Shown here: piece after piece, positions 1 to 9,521 of the stretch
Numbering within the stretch: position 1 is the first letter of the stretch
How the letters are laid out: every line of letters begins with the position of its first letter
From: Betaproteobacteria bacterium
GTDB taxonomy: Bacteria; Pseudomonadota; Gammaproteobacteria; Burkholderiales; Burkholderiaceae_C
Assembly: GCA_028871675.1 (NCBI GenBank)
Contig: JAGWMO010000003.1
Span: 13,342 to 77,341 of the forward strand
Length of the DNA stretch: 64,000 nt
Direction of reading: 5' to 3'
Translations under genes and position numbers: made by a program
The notes under the pieces: generated by a model
The model's input: only the letters and a program-made list of their open reading frames with translations
The model's database searches: none
What the model was told of the DNA's origin: nothing

Positions 1-1
1 G

Positions 2-1204
2 CTGCACGCACCCGACCTGTTCGAGCGGCCCGGCAACCCCTACGAAGATGCGCAGCGCCGCCCCTACGCCGACAACCACCGGCGCTTTGCAGCGCTGGGC
101 TGGGCGGCAGCACATCTCGCCCACGGCCTGGATGCAACGTGGGCGCCGCAGTTGGTGCATGGCCACGACTGGCATGCCGCTTTGGCCATGGCCTGCCTCA
201 GGCACTGGCCGGATGGTCGCGTCAAGCGCGTGCCATGCGTCTACACCGTGCACAACCTGGCCTACCAGGGCCTGTTCGATGCGCGACTTTTCGGCGATCT
301 GGGTTTGCCGGCTGCCGCCTATCAGGTCGACGGCCTGGAGTTTCATGGTCAGATCTCCTTCATGAAGGCCGGCTTGTTCTACGCGGACAAAATCACCACG
401 GTCAGCCCCACCTACGCCCGCGAAATCCAGACACCCGAGCAAGGCTTCGGCCTCGATGGCCTGCTGCGCGCCCGCCGCGGCGATCTCAGCGGCATCCTCA
501 ACGCGGTGGATGCCGCTGTGTGGAATCCCGCCCTGGACGCCCACATCACCAAGCACTTCGATGCCGACCATCTGGCCGGCAAAGCCGGCTGCAAGGCCGC
601 GTTACAGCAGGAATGCGGGCTGAAGATCGACAAGGGTGCACCCTTGTTCACCGTGGTCAGCCGACTCACCGAGCAAAAAGGACTGAACCTGGTGCTGGCT
701 GGGATCGATGAAATTCTCCGCGGCGGCGGTCAGTTCCTGGTTCTGGGCAGCGGCGAGCACGCACTGGAACAAGCCTTCACCGAGGCTGCACATCGGCACG
801 AGGGACAGGTCGCGGTACGCCTCGGCTACGACGAGTTGTTTGCCCACCGCATATTTTCCGGCAGCGACGTGACCCTGGTGCCCTCGCGCTTCGAGCCCTG
901 CGGCCTCACGCAGATCTACGGCCTGCTGTATGGCAGTCTGCCGCTGGTGCGGGCCGTGGGCGGCCTGGCCGACACCGTGGTCGACGCCGATCTGGCGACA
1001 TTGGCCGATCACACTGCCACAGGCATAGTCTTTGCTTCCTTCACCGAAGCCGACTACCGGCATGCCGTGCGCCGCGCACTGGCCTTGTACCGGCAGCCCC
1101 GCGCCTGGGCGCGGGTGCGGCAAACCGGCATGCGCCAGAATTTCAGTTGGACCCAGGCCGCCACACACTACACCACCATCTACCAGGCCTTGATGGATCC
1201 GTGA
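2..1204 (+). CDS. glgA: glycogen synthase, 5'-truncated by the window edge
   Basis: The frame of ORF 152..1204 stays open back to position 2 (LHAPDLFERPGNPYED...). Motifs HGHDWHAAL and PSRFEPCGLTQIYGLLYGSLPLVRAVGGLADTV are typical of ADP-glucose glycogen synthases. Confidence 0.9.
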   Translation: MHAPDLFERPGNPYEDAQRRPYADNHRRFAALGWAAAHLAHGLDATWAPQLVHGHDWHAALAMACLRHWPDGRVKRVPCVYTVHNLAYQGLFDARLFGDLGLPAAAYQVDGLEFHGQISFMKAGLFYADKITTVSPTYAREIQTPEQGFGLDGLLRARRGDLSGILNAVDAAVWNPALDAHITKHFDADHLAGKAGCKAALQQECGLKIDKGAPLFTVVSRLTEQKGLNLVLAGIDEILRGGGQFLVLGSGEHALEQAFTEAAHRHEGQVAVRLGYDELFAHRIFSGSDVTLVPSRFEPCGLTQIYGLLYGSLPLVRAVGGLADTVVDADLATLADHTATGIVFASFTEADYRHAVRRALALYRQPRAWARVRQTGMRQNFSWTQAATHYTTIYQALMDP

Positions 1205-1246
1205 GACGCCGACCGCCCACTTTTTATTTTCCCCGTACTGCTGCTT

Positions 1247-3730
1247 ATGACCACCGATCTCACACTGCCTTTTCCCACAGCGGCAACCGTGCCCTTCGAG
1301 CACGACACGACGCCGCACGATGTGGCATCGCTCAAGCGGGCCATCGCCAACAAGCTCATGTTCAACGTCGGCAAAGACCCGCAGGCGGCGCAGCCGGTGG
1401 ACTGGCTGCATGCGGCCTCCTACGCGGTGCGCGACCTGCTGGTCGAGCGCTGGATGACCACCACCCATGCCAAAATCGACCAGGACGCCAAGCAGGTGTA
1501 CTACCTGTCGATGGAGTTTCTCATCGGCCGCACGTTCAGCAACGCCCTGATCGCGCTGGAGATGACCGCCGTGCTGCGCCAGGCACTGGCCGAACTGGGT
1601 GTGGACATGGATGTCATCGCCGACCTGGAGCCCGACGCCGCCTTGGGCAACGGCGGCCTCGGGCGCCTCGCCGCATGCTTTCTGGACTCCATGGCCACCT
1701 TGGGCATTCCTGGTTATGGCTACGGCATACGCTACGACTACGGCATGTTCCGCCAGACCATCGTGCAGGGTCATCAGGTCGAGGTTCCCGACTATTGGCT
1801 CACCGCCGGTAATCCCTGGGAGTTTGCGCGCCCCGAAGTCACCTACCGCGTGCAATACGGCGGCCATGTCGTCAAACTGGGCGACCAGTGCGCCTGGCTC
1901 GATACCCACGATGTCGAAGCCATGGCTTACGACACCATCATTCCGGGCTACGGCACCCAAGCCACGAACACGCTGCGGCTGTGGTCGGCGAAGGCAACCG
2001 AGGAAATCAATCTGTCCGCCTTCAATCGCGGCGACTATCTCGCCGCGGTGGAGAAGAAGAACCAGTCGGAAAACGTGTCGCGCGTGCTGTACCCGGACGA
2101 CTCGACCGACGCCGGGCGCGAGCTGCGCTTGCACCAGGAATATTTTTTCGTCAGCGCCAGCGTGCAGGATCTGATGCGCCGCTATCTGCACAGACACACG
2201 ACCTTCGACCAGTTCAGCGACAAGGTGTCCATCCACCTCAACGACACCCACCCGGTGCTGGCCATTCCGGAGTTGATGCGCCTGTTTCTCGACGTGCATC
2301 ACCTTCCCTGGAACGATGCCTGGCGCATCTGCCAGGGCGTGTTCTCCTACACCAACCACACCCTCATGCAGGAGGCGCTGGAGACCTGGCCGATCGACAT
2401 GCTCGGCCGCGTGCTCCCGCGGCACCTGCAAATCATCCTCGACATCAACGCCCACTTCCTCGCCAAGCTCACGCAAAAGCACGGGCACGATGTCAACCTG
2501 ATGCGTCATGTGTCGCTGGTGAACGAATCCGGCGGCCGTTCCATCCGCATGGCTTACCTGGCGGTGCTGGCCAGCCACTCCGTCAACGGCGTGTCGGCTC
2601 TGCATTCCGAACTGATGCAACAGTCGATCTTCGCCGACTTTGCCAAACTCTGGCCCAATCGCTTCAACAACAAAACCAACGGCATCACCCAGCGCCGCTG
2701 GCTGGCACTGGCCAATCCGGCCCTGTCCTCCGTACTCGATGGCACCATCGGCCCGACCTGGCGGCGCGATCTGTCGCAGCTGGGCAAGCTGCGCCCGCTG
2801 TTGAACGACGTCGGCTTGATTCACCGATTCCAGCAGGCTAAACGCAGCAACAAGCAGCGCCTGGCGGACTGGCTGAAAACCCACACGGACATGGCGGTTC
2901 CGGTGGACGCGTTGTTCGACGTTCAGGTCAAGCGCATCCACGAATACAAGCGCCAGTTGCTCAACGTGCTGCACGTCGTCACGCGCTACCTGCGCATCCT
3001 GGAGCAGCCCGGCAGCGTGACCGTGCCACGCGTGGTCTTCTTCGCCGGCAAGGCGGCCTCGGCCTACCGCATGGCCAAACTCATCATCCAGCTCATCAAC
3101 GACGTGGCCAAGACCATCAACAATGACCCGCTGGTGGGCGAGTTGCTGAAAGTGGTGTTCGTGCCCAACTACAGCGTCAGCCTGGCCGAGGTGATGATCC
3201 CGGCAGCCGATCTCTCGGAGCAGATTTCCACCGCCGGAACCGAAGCCTCGGGTACGGGCAACATGAAGCTGTCGGTCAACGGCGCTCTCACCATCGGCAC
3301 ACTCGACGGGGCCAATGTCGAAATCCTGCAGAACGTCGGCGCCGACAATCTGTTCATCTTCGGCATGACCGCGACCGAGGTGACCGATCTGCGCATGACC
3401 GGGTACCAACCCCAAGCCATCGTCGACGCCAACCCCGAGTTGGCGCAAGTGCTCGCGGCCATCCGCGACGGCCGCTTCAGCCCGGAGGAACCGCACCGCT
3501 ACCAGAACATCTACGACCTGCTGGTGAACTGGGGCGACCACTACATGCTGCTGGCCGACTATGCCAGCTACGTCGCCACGCAAGAACGTGTCGACGCGCT
3601 CTACCTCTCGCCCATCGACTGGGCCAGGAAGGCGCTGACCAATGTGGCCGGCATGGGCCCTTTCTCGTCCGACCGCACCATCGCCGAATACGCCGAGCAA
3701 ATCTGGCACGCCAAACCCATCCTCGCTTGA
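1247..3730 (+). CDS. glgP: glycogen/maltodextrin phosphorylase (827 aa)
   Basis: ORF 1247..3730. Carries the PLP-lysine region [28 protein letters not shown] and full-length alpha-glucan phosphorylase features. Lies directly after glgA. Confidence 0.95.
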   Translation: MTTDLTLPFPTAATVPFEHDTTPHDVASLKRAIANKLMFNVGKDPQAAQPVDWLHAASYAVRDLLVERWMTTTHAKIDQDAKQVYYLSMEFLIGRTFSNALIALEMTAVLRQALAELGVDMDVIADLEPDAALGNGGLGRLAACFLDSMATLGIPGYGYGIRYDYGMFRQTIVQGHQVEVPDYWLTAGNPWEFARPEVTYRVQYGGHVVKLGDQCAWLDTHDVEAMAYDTIIPGYGTQATNTLRLWSAKATEEINLSAFNRGDYLAAVEKKNQSENVSRVLYPDDSTDAGRELRLHQEYFFVSASVQDLMRRYLHRHTTFDQFSDKVSIHLNDTHPVLAIPELMRLFLDVHHLPWNDAWRICQGVFSYTNHTLMQEALETWPIDMLGRVLPRHLQIILDINAHFLAKLTQKHGHDVNLMRHVSLVNESGGRSIRMAYLAVLASHSVNGVSALHSELMQQSIFADFAKLWPNRFNNKTNGITQRRWLALANPALSSVLDGTIGPTWRRDLSQLGKLRPLLNDVGLIHRFQQAKRSNKQRLADWLKTHTDMAVPVDALFDVQVKRIHEYKRQLLNVLHVVTRYLRILEQPGSVTVPRVVFFAGKAASAYRMAKLIIQLINDVAKTINNDPLVGELLKVVFVPNYSVSLAEVMIPAADLSEQISTAGTEASGTGNMKLSVNGALTIGTLDGANVEILQNVGADNLFIFGMTATEVTDLRMTGYQPQAIVDANPELAQVLAAIRDGRFSPEEPHRYQNIYDLLVNWGDHYMLLADYASYVATQERVDALYLSPIDWARKALTNVAGMGPFSSDRTIAEYAEQIWHAKPILA

Positions 3731-3765
3731 CCCCGGCCAGCGCCACTCGAGCTACATCGCCAGCG

Positions 3766-3987
3766 CTTGCGATGCAGCTCGGCGAAGCGAGCCGGTGGCA
3801 TGCATCCCAGACTGCTGTGCGGCCTGACCACGTTGTAGTCTTGCCGCCAGGTGGCCACGGACATCCTGGCCTGGTGCAAGATCTCGAACCAGCACTCGTT
3901 CAAGTGTTCGTCGCGGAACTTGCCGTTGCAGCTCTCGCTGTAGCAGTTCTGCATGGGCCGCCCAGGTTGAATCAGGATGTGGCGGAT
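3766..3987 (-). pseudogene. C-terminal remnant of an IS3-family transposase (integrase-core C-terminus only)
   Basis: Part of ORF 3601..4353(-) reads IRHILIQPGRPMQNCYSESCNGKFRDEHLNECWFEILHQARMSVATWRQDYNVVRPHSSLGCMPPARFAELH. This matches the conserved end of IS3 OrfB (..PG.P.QN...ES.NG..RDE.LN..WF....AR..I..WR..YN..RPHSSLG). No DDE core or OrfA lies upstream. Confidence 0.6.
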
Positions 3988-4073
3988 ACTCCCCGGAGCA
4001 GGCGCTGGAGATCGCACGCTCCATCCAGCCTCATCAGGTCCGCATCGCCGGCCATCCGTGCCGGAACGACACG

Positions 4074-4094
4074 CCGCCGAAAGGCGGTTTTTTT
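4074..4094 (+). terminator. rho-independent terminator-like hairpin with no adjacent intact gene
   Basis: CCGCC-GAAA-GGCGG stem-loop followed by seven T (4088-4094). Sits ~340 nt after the glgP stop, beyond the IS3 remnant. Confidence 0.45.
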
Positions 4095-4316
4095 GTGCCT
4101 TTCGCTGTCTCGGTCGCGCGCTCCCGAGCAAGCGAAGAAGTAAACCGATAGCCCGCAAACCCGCGCCAACACACGACGCCGGGCCTTGAATGCTCAAGAG
4201 GGCCGCAGAAAACAGAGAGAGAAAAACGGCGGAATGTGAGCCGGAAACGGCCACTTCGGAAGGTGCATGCTCAGGAGAGAAAGGCCGGAAACCGCGCCAA
4301 CACTGGCGTTTCGGGC

Positions 4317-4350
4317 AAAAAAAATCCCAACCGGATAAGGGTTGGGATTT
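4317..4350 (-). terminator. stranded rho-independent terminator, probably the ancestral ssrA terminator
   Basis: On the minus strand: AAATCCCAACC-CTTATCC-GGTTGGGATTT followed by eight T. It begins 7 nt downstream of the duplicated tmRNA 3' end (4357-4371). Confidence 0.65.
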
Positions 4351-4356
4351 CACATT

Positions 4357-4371
4357 ATGGTGGAGCCGGGG
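4357..4371. repeat. island-distal att direct repeat (duplicate of the ssrA 3' end, ATGGTGGAGCCGGGG)
   Basis: 15/15 nt identical to 15864..15878, which is the acceptor-stem/CCA end of the intact tmRNA gene. Confidence 0.7.
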
Positions 4372-4432
4372 TCACCCATACAAATTCTATAAGTTATTGT
4401 CAAATAACAATTTGACGGCTTTTCTTGCCGAG

Positions 4433-4455
4433 AAGTTACTGCGTAAGTTACTGCA
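4433..4455. repeat. tandem AAGTTACTGC motifs (candidate integrase arm-type sites), distal end
   Basis: AAGTTACTGCGTAAGTTACTGCA. The stretch 4434-4455 matches 15719-15740 at 21 of 22 positions. Confidence 0.55.
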
Positions 4456-5067
4456 ATCCCGCCCAAGTTTGGCGGTTCGATGCCTGTGGTCTCTGCCGTT
4501 GAGTTCGTTACATACTAACGCGAAGTGCTGTCAGTCCTATCATTTTCAAACCAAAAAATTAGATATGCCGATTTTGTATGAATGCTTGTGCTACAGTGCC
4601 GTCATGGATGACATTGTCGATGAGCGCACCGGGGACGGTTGTCTGCGTCTTTGCTGCGCCGTCAAGCCAGCAAGCGCCGATCCCCGCGAATGGGATACCT
4701 ACCTACCCAACGTAGGCGGTGGCTTGATGCGCGGACGTCACGGGTTCCGGTTCCGGGAATTCCGGCGCTGTGTCGTGCCCTTGCGTCTTGCACTGGATGT
4801 GAAGCGCGCAGGCACCAACGACAAAGCCCATGACGGCAACCTAACGGCGCAAGAACTCGCCGGGCTGGCCGATCAAGATCAAAGTAGCCTCCTCTCTGAC
4901 GGAGAAGCTTTGCATACGCACAGGCCACCACGCCCGTCATCACCGCATGGGCATGTGATCTCAGATCTGTGTTTGACTCCCAGAATTCTTGGCCAGCGTC
5001 CTCAGGCCCGCCTGCATGCGCGGGCCGGAGCCATTGCGTTGATCTGAACTCGATCCCGCACTGCAAA

Positions 5068-5100
5068 CCGCCCCGCGCAGGCTGCGCCGGGCGGTTTTTT
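5068..5100 (+). terminator. rho-independent terminator-like hairpin
   Basis: CCGCCCCGCGC-AGGCT-GCGCCGGGCGG (11-bp stem, one mismatch) followed by six T. No convincing gene lies upstream. It sits 69 nt before the AlpA-like gene. Confidence 0.45.
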
Positions 5101-5168
5101 CACGCCCCGCTTGGCGCGCTGCGCATCCCTTCAGAAAAACCGGCGTGTTCTTCGAACAGGACAACACG

Positions 5169-5387
5169 ATGCATCACGCACAGATCCAGATTCAAGCTGG
5201 CCAGCTCTACACCCCTGATGAGGTGAGAAGCTGGCTCAAAATCAGCCGCACTACGCTCTGGCGCTATCAAAAGGCCGGGGTCTTACGCCCGGTCCGTATT
5301 GGGATGGGCGGTCGGAATCCGCGTTTTCGCGGTGAGGAAATCCTTGGCGTCCTGGCTAGGGGCGACGACGAACGACAACGGCCTTGA
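5169..5387 (+). CDS. AlpA/excisionase-like helix-turn-helix protein
   Basis: ORF 5145..5387, with ATG at 5169. LYTPDEVRSWLKISRTTLWRYQKAGVLRPVRIG resembles AlpA / HTH_17 phage regulatory proteins. The island context fits. Confidence 0.6.
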   Translation: MHHAQIQIQAGQLYTPDEVRSWLKISRTTLWRYQKAGVLRPVRIGMGGRNPRFRGEEILGVLARGDDERQRP

Positions 5388-5866
5388 ACCCGAAACTCAA
5401 GGGGGGCCGACTTCATACCTTGATGCTGTCGTCTGCACCATCATTCATGCCGCTTGTGCATTGCGCACGGGCGAAAATGAGGATAAGGTATTAATATGCG
5501 CATTTCATGGCGTGCCCGATTGACCCTCCCGCACAAGCGGAACAAGCAACAGCGAGCCCGGCTCGCACATCGATCACCGGCCCCTTGCCGCGGTGGTCGC
5601 CATCTGCACCTGAAATCCCCGGGCGCTTTGCACACATGCACATCGGCACGCTCGCCGATATGGAACTACCGTGGCTGTGAACCCGCAATGGCGCTGCGTC
5701 GCTTGATCGACGCCTTCCCTCCAGAGAAACCCACGAGCTGAATGGGCGTGCTCGGTCTGCCGCACAACAGACCCGCACGACCGCTGCGCATGACGCCATG
5801 GCGTCGGCATGCGCGGCCATCCCTCCGCTCTGCCTTGAAACTTTCCGCGCCCTGCCGCGAAGTTCA

Positions 5867-5893
5867 GTGCGTCACGTGCTCCACGTGACGCAC
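5867..5893. promoter_or_regulatory. perfect 12-bp inverted repeat with 3-nt spacer (candidate operator or recombination site)
   Basis: GTGCGTCACGTG-CTC-CACGTGACGCAC. Lies in a ~770-bp stretch with no credible ORF, upstream of the recombinase-like gene. A second palindrome, GACGCCATGGCGTC, is at 5792-5805. Confidence 0.5.
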
Positions 5894-6162
5894 GCCTGCA
5901 CCATCCTTGCATCCTTCCGTGACGAACGCGCGCCACTGACTTTTCCGCGCGCCACATTTTTCTAGCCCCGCTATTCAGCCCGCTCATGCTGTTTCAACTG
6001 AGCACGCTCCGCATCGTTTCTGCGGCTACGCAACCGCCCATGGTTCACGCTGCCCTCTTCCTTGCCGGGGGAGGATCAGCCGGGCACCATCCCCTCAACT
6101 TCTCGGCTGTCGTGCTTGTTGGATTTGGTGTTGGTTCGGTGTTCGTTTTCAGGAGTCTTTCG

Positions 6163-7074
6163 ATGCAAACCTCCGTCCTTGCCACGTGGATGCAAGCCGC
6201 TCTCAACCAGGGCAAGAAGTCGACCCGAACCCGGGAGGAACGCCATGCCTGCTTTGCCCGGCTGCAAGCCTTTGCCAAGGAGCGCCGCTTTCACGATCTG
6301 GCGCCAGCCAGCATCACGCGCAAGCAGATCGGCCAGTACATCGCGCACCTCCAACAGCAAGGCGTGAGTCCTCGTTCGCTTCAAAACCAACTCAGCCACA
6401 TCCGCGCCGCGATGCGTGGCGCGGGGATGGGGTCGAAGGCCGACTCGGCGGAATGGTCCAACCAAGCGCTCGGCATCGCGTCAGAGCCGGGGGGACGCCT
6501 CGGCAAACATCGTGCCGTGGCTGAATCCGAATTGACTGCGGCGCAAGCGCATGCACAGGAACTGGGGGATCGCGGCGTGGAGTTCACCGTGCTGAGTGAG
6601 CTGCAGCGTTCCCTGGGATTGCGGGCGCAGGAAGCTGTGCAGGCCGCCGGCAGCTTGACGGTGTGGGAGCGCTGCCTTGCGGAGAACCGGCCGATCACGG
6701 TCAGCGAAGGGACCAAAGGCGGGCGCACGCGCACGGCCGTCGTCCCCGAGGGCTTGCGCGAGCGCGCCTTGATCGCCGTGCGTGCCGCCCAAGACCTTGC
6801 ACAGCGTCACGGAGGCAAACTTGTCGATGCGAGCAGCTTGAAGGCGGCGCGTGATCGTTACCGGCATACTTGTGCGGCATGTGGGTTGGTGGGGGACGTT
6901 GCGCCGCATGGTTTGCGCTACGCCTGGGCGCAGGATCGTTACCGCGCCTATCGGCTTGAAGGCTTTGAGCCGGCCGAGGCGGTGCGCCGGTTGTCCGAGG
7001 ACTTGGGGCATGGCAGCGGCCGGGGTCGGTATGTGCGGATGGTGTATCTGCGGGGAATGCGCGATGAAGCCTGA
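6163..7074 (+). CDS. second tyrosine-recombinase-like (integrase-domain) protein
   Basis: ORF 5986..7074. ATG at 6163 is preceded by AGGAG. SAM-like N-terminal domain (ITRKQIGQYIAHLQQQGVSPRSLQNQLSHIRAAM). Candidate catalytic residues are in LGLRAQE, TKGGRTR, HGLRYAWAQDRY and LGHGSGRGRYVRMVY. Confidence 0.55.
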   Translation: MQTSVLATWMQAALNQGKKSTRTREERHACFARLQAFAKERRFHDLAPASITRKQIGQYIAHLQQQGVSPRSLQNQLSHIRAAMRGAGMGSKADSAEWSNQALGIASEPGGRLGKHRAVAESELTAAQAHAQELGDRGVEFTVLSELQRSLGLRAQEAVQAAGSLTVWERCLAENRPITVSEGTKGGRTRTAVVPEGLRERALIAVRAAQDLAQRHGGKLVDASSLKAARDRYRHTCAACGLVGDVAPHGLRYAWAQDRYRAYRLEGFEPAEAVRRLSEDLGHGSGRGRYVRMVYLRGMRDEA

Positions 7075-7363
7075 AGATGAAGTGCGCGTGGTGGCGGTGA
7101 TGCGAGGCGACCCGGATCAACCGGGATCGATCCAGATCGAGGGGCGCCAGGATGGGAAGTTCCTGAACGGGCTGCCCAAGGCAGGCACCAAATACCAAGC
7201 TGTCGCCGGCGTCCTGGTAAAGGTCGAGCCGCAGCAGCGGGTTGAGGACGGGACCAGGACGGTGAAGATCAGCGCCGAGGCGTATACGCGGTTGCGCCGG
7301 CTGCGTCAGGGTGGGGAGACTGCGAGCCAGTGCATGGAACGGATGATCTTCGAGGCGGGGTAA
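7064..7363 (+). CDS. hypothetical protein, possible ribbon-helix-helix C-terminus
   Basis: ATG at 7064 overlaps the stop of the upstream gene (ATGAAGCCTGA). The C-terminus VKISAEAYTRLRRLRQGGETASQCMERMI is RHH-like. Confidence 0.3.
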   Translation: MKPEDEVRVVAVMRGDPDQPGSIQIEGRQDGKFLNGLPKAGTKYQAVAGVLVKVEPQQRVEDGTRTVKISAEAYTRLRRLRQGGETASQCMERMIFEAG

Positions 7364-7427
7364 TCTGCGCCATTGCGGCGCCTGTTGTTCTTGACGCCGA
7401 GCGCTGCGGGCGGGCTTGCCCGCGTGG

Positions 7428-7643
7428 CTAGGCTTTTTCCACGCGCACCGATCCGTCGTCCTGCACCGCCCAGCACAGCTTTTCTCCGCGCTGCAGCTTC
7501 ATCGATCGAGCAACCTGTTTCGGCATGACCCAGCGCGGCGTGCCGATCTCGATGACGCCACCGGGCTGATCGGCCCAGTAGGCGACGAACGCCACCGACG
7601 CCAGCACCCCGGGTCCGGCAAGTTGGCATGGTTGCTGGCGCAT
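7428..7643 (-). CDS. AbrB/MazE/SpoVT-like DNA-binding protein (antitoxin-like); start uncertain
   Basis: ORF 7428..7643(-). VIEIGTPRWVMPKQVARSMKLQRGEKLCWAVQDDGSVRVEK resembles the SpoVT-AbrB swapped-hairpin pattern. Confidence 0.4.
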   Translation of the reverse strand: MRQQPCQLAGPGVLASVAFVAYWADQPGGVIEIGTPRWVMPKQVARSMKLQRGEKLCWAVQDDGSVRVEKA

Positions 7644-8226
7644 GTCCCGAGACCCATGCGTCCCCCAACTCTCTCACCGTGGGTCTTCGTTGCCTGACGT
7701 CGTCGCCGATCCCGGCGCCATGCGCCAATATTTCAACCACCTGCAGATATTCATCCGGGAAATGACGCATAAACAAACAAGAATTTCAAATAATTACATT
7801 CTAAGACCGCCTGCGGTATGGCATAGACGCAGGCGCGATTTCTACCGATCGTCGCCTTATTAAGGCGCTAGCGATGCTTGCGCGAAGCTTTTTCGCAACA
7901 GTCCTGGGATCGGTTTGTAACAATTTTTTCCAGATTCAACATCCAAGTCATTGATTGCCCGCTCGGACGAGAATTTTCTATTTGTGACGCTAAGCCCGCC
8001 ATAAGTCTGCTGGCAGCGGTAAATCCGCAAATTGATCTGGCATTGCGCCGGAATTCAGTCACGAAACCATCACATTGCAAAGCTGAAATAACGGTCAGAA
8101 ATCGGCGGACAATAACAGCACCTTTCCTTTTTGATCATTTGGAACGGTCGCCTGCGCACAGAATCTCCGCTGATCTGCGATATTCGAAATTGCATTCCAT
8201 GTTCAGCCAATGCTCAGGAAATTCAC

Positions 8227-8943
8227 ATGATTATTGATGTCATATTTCAGTCTGCCCATAAATCGGGTGGCATCCTTTACGTCATGGCCCTGTTGCTGTT
8301 TGCCGCGCTGGCTGTCAGCGTGGAACGCTTCTGGGCGATCTCGCGCATGCTGGCCTCCGCCAAGAGCTGGATCCGCGAAATCAAGAGCCATGCCCACGTC
8401 GACGTGAAGCAACTCACGAACAAGGTCGAGGCAGACGCCGCCTCTCCCGCCGCGCAGGTCGTCGCCGTGGCCCTACAGCATGACCTGTCCGATCCGCTCG
8501 ACCACTTCGCCGACCGTCTGGAAGAAGCGGTGATGGATCAGGCGCCGCGCATCGACCGCGGGCTGTGGGTGCTCGACACCATCGTCACCCTGGCCCCGCT
8601 GCTGGGCCTGCTGGGCACCATCGTCGGCATGTTCAACACCTTCTCCGCGCTGTCCAACCCGGGCGCGGCCACGCAGGCGGTCACCGGCGGCGTGGGCGAG
8701 GCCCTGCTGGCCACGGCCGCGGGTCTGTTCATCGCGGTGCTGGGCCTGGTGACGTTCAACGCGCTGAACCAGCGGGTGCGCCTGGTGATGCATCAGTTGG
8801 AGCGCATCAAACTCATGTTGTCCAACCGCATGTATCCGCATTACCGCGAAGGCGGCGTGCGGCCGGTGGTGGTGGCCCAGGGCGGGCAGGCCGTGCGCAC
8901 CGCGCAGCAACAGGCGGCAGTGCTGCAGCAGAAGATGGCCTGA
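8227..8943 (+). CDS. exbB: MotA/TolQ/ExbB proton-channel protein
   Basis: ORF 8131..8943. ATG at 8227 is preceded by AGGAA. Motifs LDTIVTLAPLLGLLGTIVGM and GVGEALLATAAGLFIAVLGLVTFNAL. Confidence 0.85.
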   Translation: MIIDVIFQSAHKSGGILYVMALLLFAALAVSVERFWAISRMLASAKSWIREIKSHAHVDVKQLTNKVEADAASPAAQVVAVALQHDLSDPLDHFADRLEEAVMDQAPRIDRGLWVLDTIVTLAPLLGLLGTIVGMFNTFSALSNPGAATQAVTGGVGEALLATAAGLFIAVLGLVTFNALNQRVRLVMHQLERIKLMLSNRMYPHYREGGVRPVVVAQGGQAVRTAQQQAAVLQQKMA

Positions 8944-9034
8944 CCCTGCTTCCGAACCTCTCCAGGTCGCGTGCGCTGGAGTTCGCACGCTTGGGCTGCG
9001 GCGCCGATGCCGCAGCATTTTTGCTGGACCGCCC

Positions 9035-9442
9035 ATGAAATATTTTGAAGCCAAGAAAGCCCGCATCGAGATCATCCCGATGATCGACATCATGTTTTTC
9101 CTGCTGGTGTTCTTCATCATGGTCACGCTGCACATGATTCCGGATGCGGGTATCGCCTCGCGCCTGCCCACCAGCTCCACGGCTCAGAGCATGCCCAAGC
9201 CGCAGATCACCCTGGCGGTGGACAAGGAAGGCATCATCCATTTCGACCAGAAGACACTCACTGCGGAGCAACTCACCGCCCTGCTCAGGAGCAAGCCGCA
9301 GCCCGCCGAACTGCAAGTGACGCTCGCCGGTGACAAGGACACTTCGCTGCAGCAGTTGATGGCCGTGATGGACGCCTGCCGCAAGGCCGGGGTGACCATG
9401 ATCGGCCTGGCGGCGCAGCAAGGCGGAGGCAGCGGTTCATGA
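9035..9442 (+). CDS. exbD: ExbD/TolR biopolymer transport protein
   Basis: 135 aa. KKARIEIIPMIDIMFFLLVFFIMVT is a typical ExbD N-terminus and TM helix. Confidence 0.85.
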   Translation: MKYFEAKKARIEIIPMIDIMFFLLVFFIMVTLHMIPDAGIASRLPTSSTAQSMPKPQITLAVDKEGIIHFDQKTLTAEQLTALLRSKPQPAELQVTLAGDKDTSLQQLMAVMDACRKAGVTMIGLAAQQGGGSGS

Positions 9443-9521
9443 GCGCCACCGCCCGGCCGCCCGAAGGAGCCGCTCATCCTCCCTCGGGGAGGATGGCGCG
9501 TCGCGACAGGAGGGTCGACCA

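Noticed and set aside
602-3709. 1035-aa ORF on the minus strand
   Set aside because: Entirely antisense to glgA/glgP, which have unmistakable motifs. The composition is Gly/Arg/Val/His-rich and low-complexity, typical of GC-driven shadow ORFs. The same reasoning applies to the other long antisense ORFs (e.g. 19550-20770, 21854-22975, 23952-25523, 38806-40269, 43641-45503, 49636-51564).
4190-5047. 285-aa plus-strand ORF at the left end of the island
   Set aside because: It reads straight through the ssrA terminator, the att repeat and the AT-rich arm region. The product is Cys/Arg-rich and not protein-like. Minus-strand fragments here (e.g. ..ATLILIGQPGEFL.., a possible degenerate P-loop) are broken by stops. 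Treated as non-coding or decayed.
7777-8226. Search for a Fur box upstream of exbB (and at 10251-10373 upstream of the receptor)
   Set aside because: The best candidates (e.g. GATATTCGAAATTGCATTC) match the 19-bp Fur consensus at only about half the positions, which is not better than expected in AT-rich DNA.
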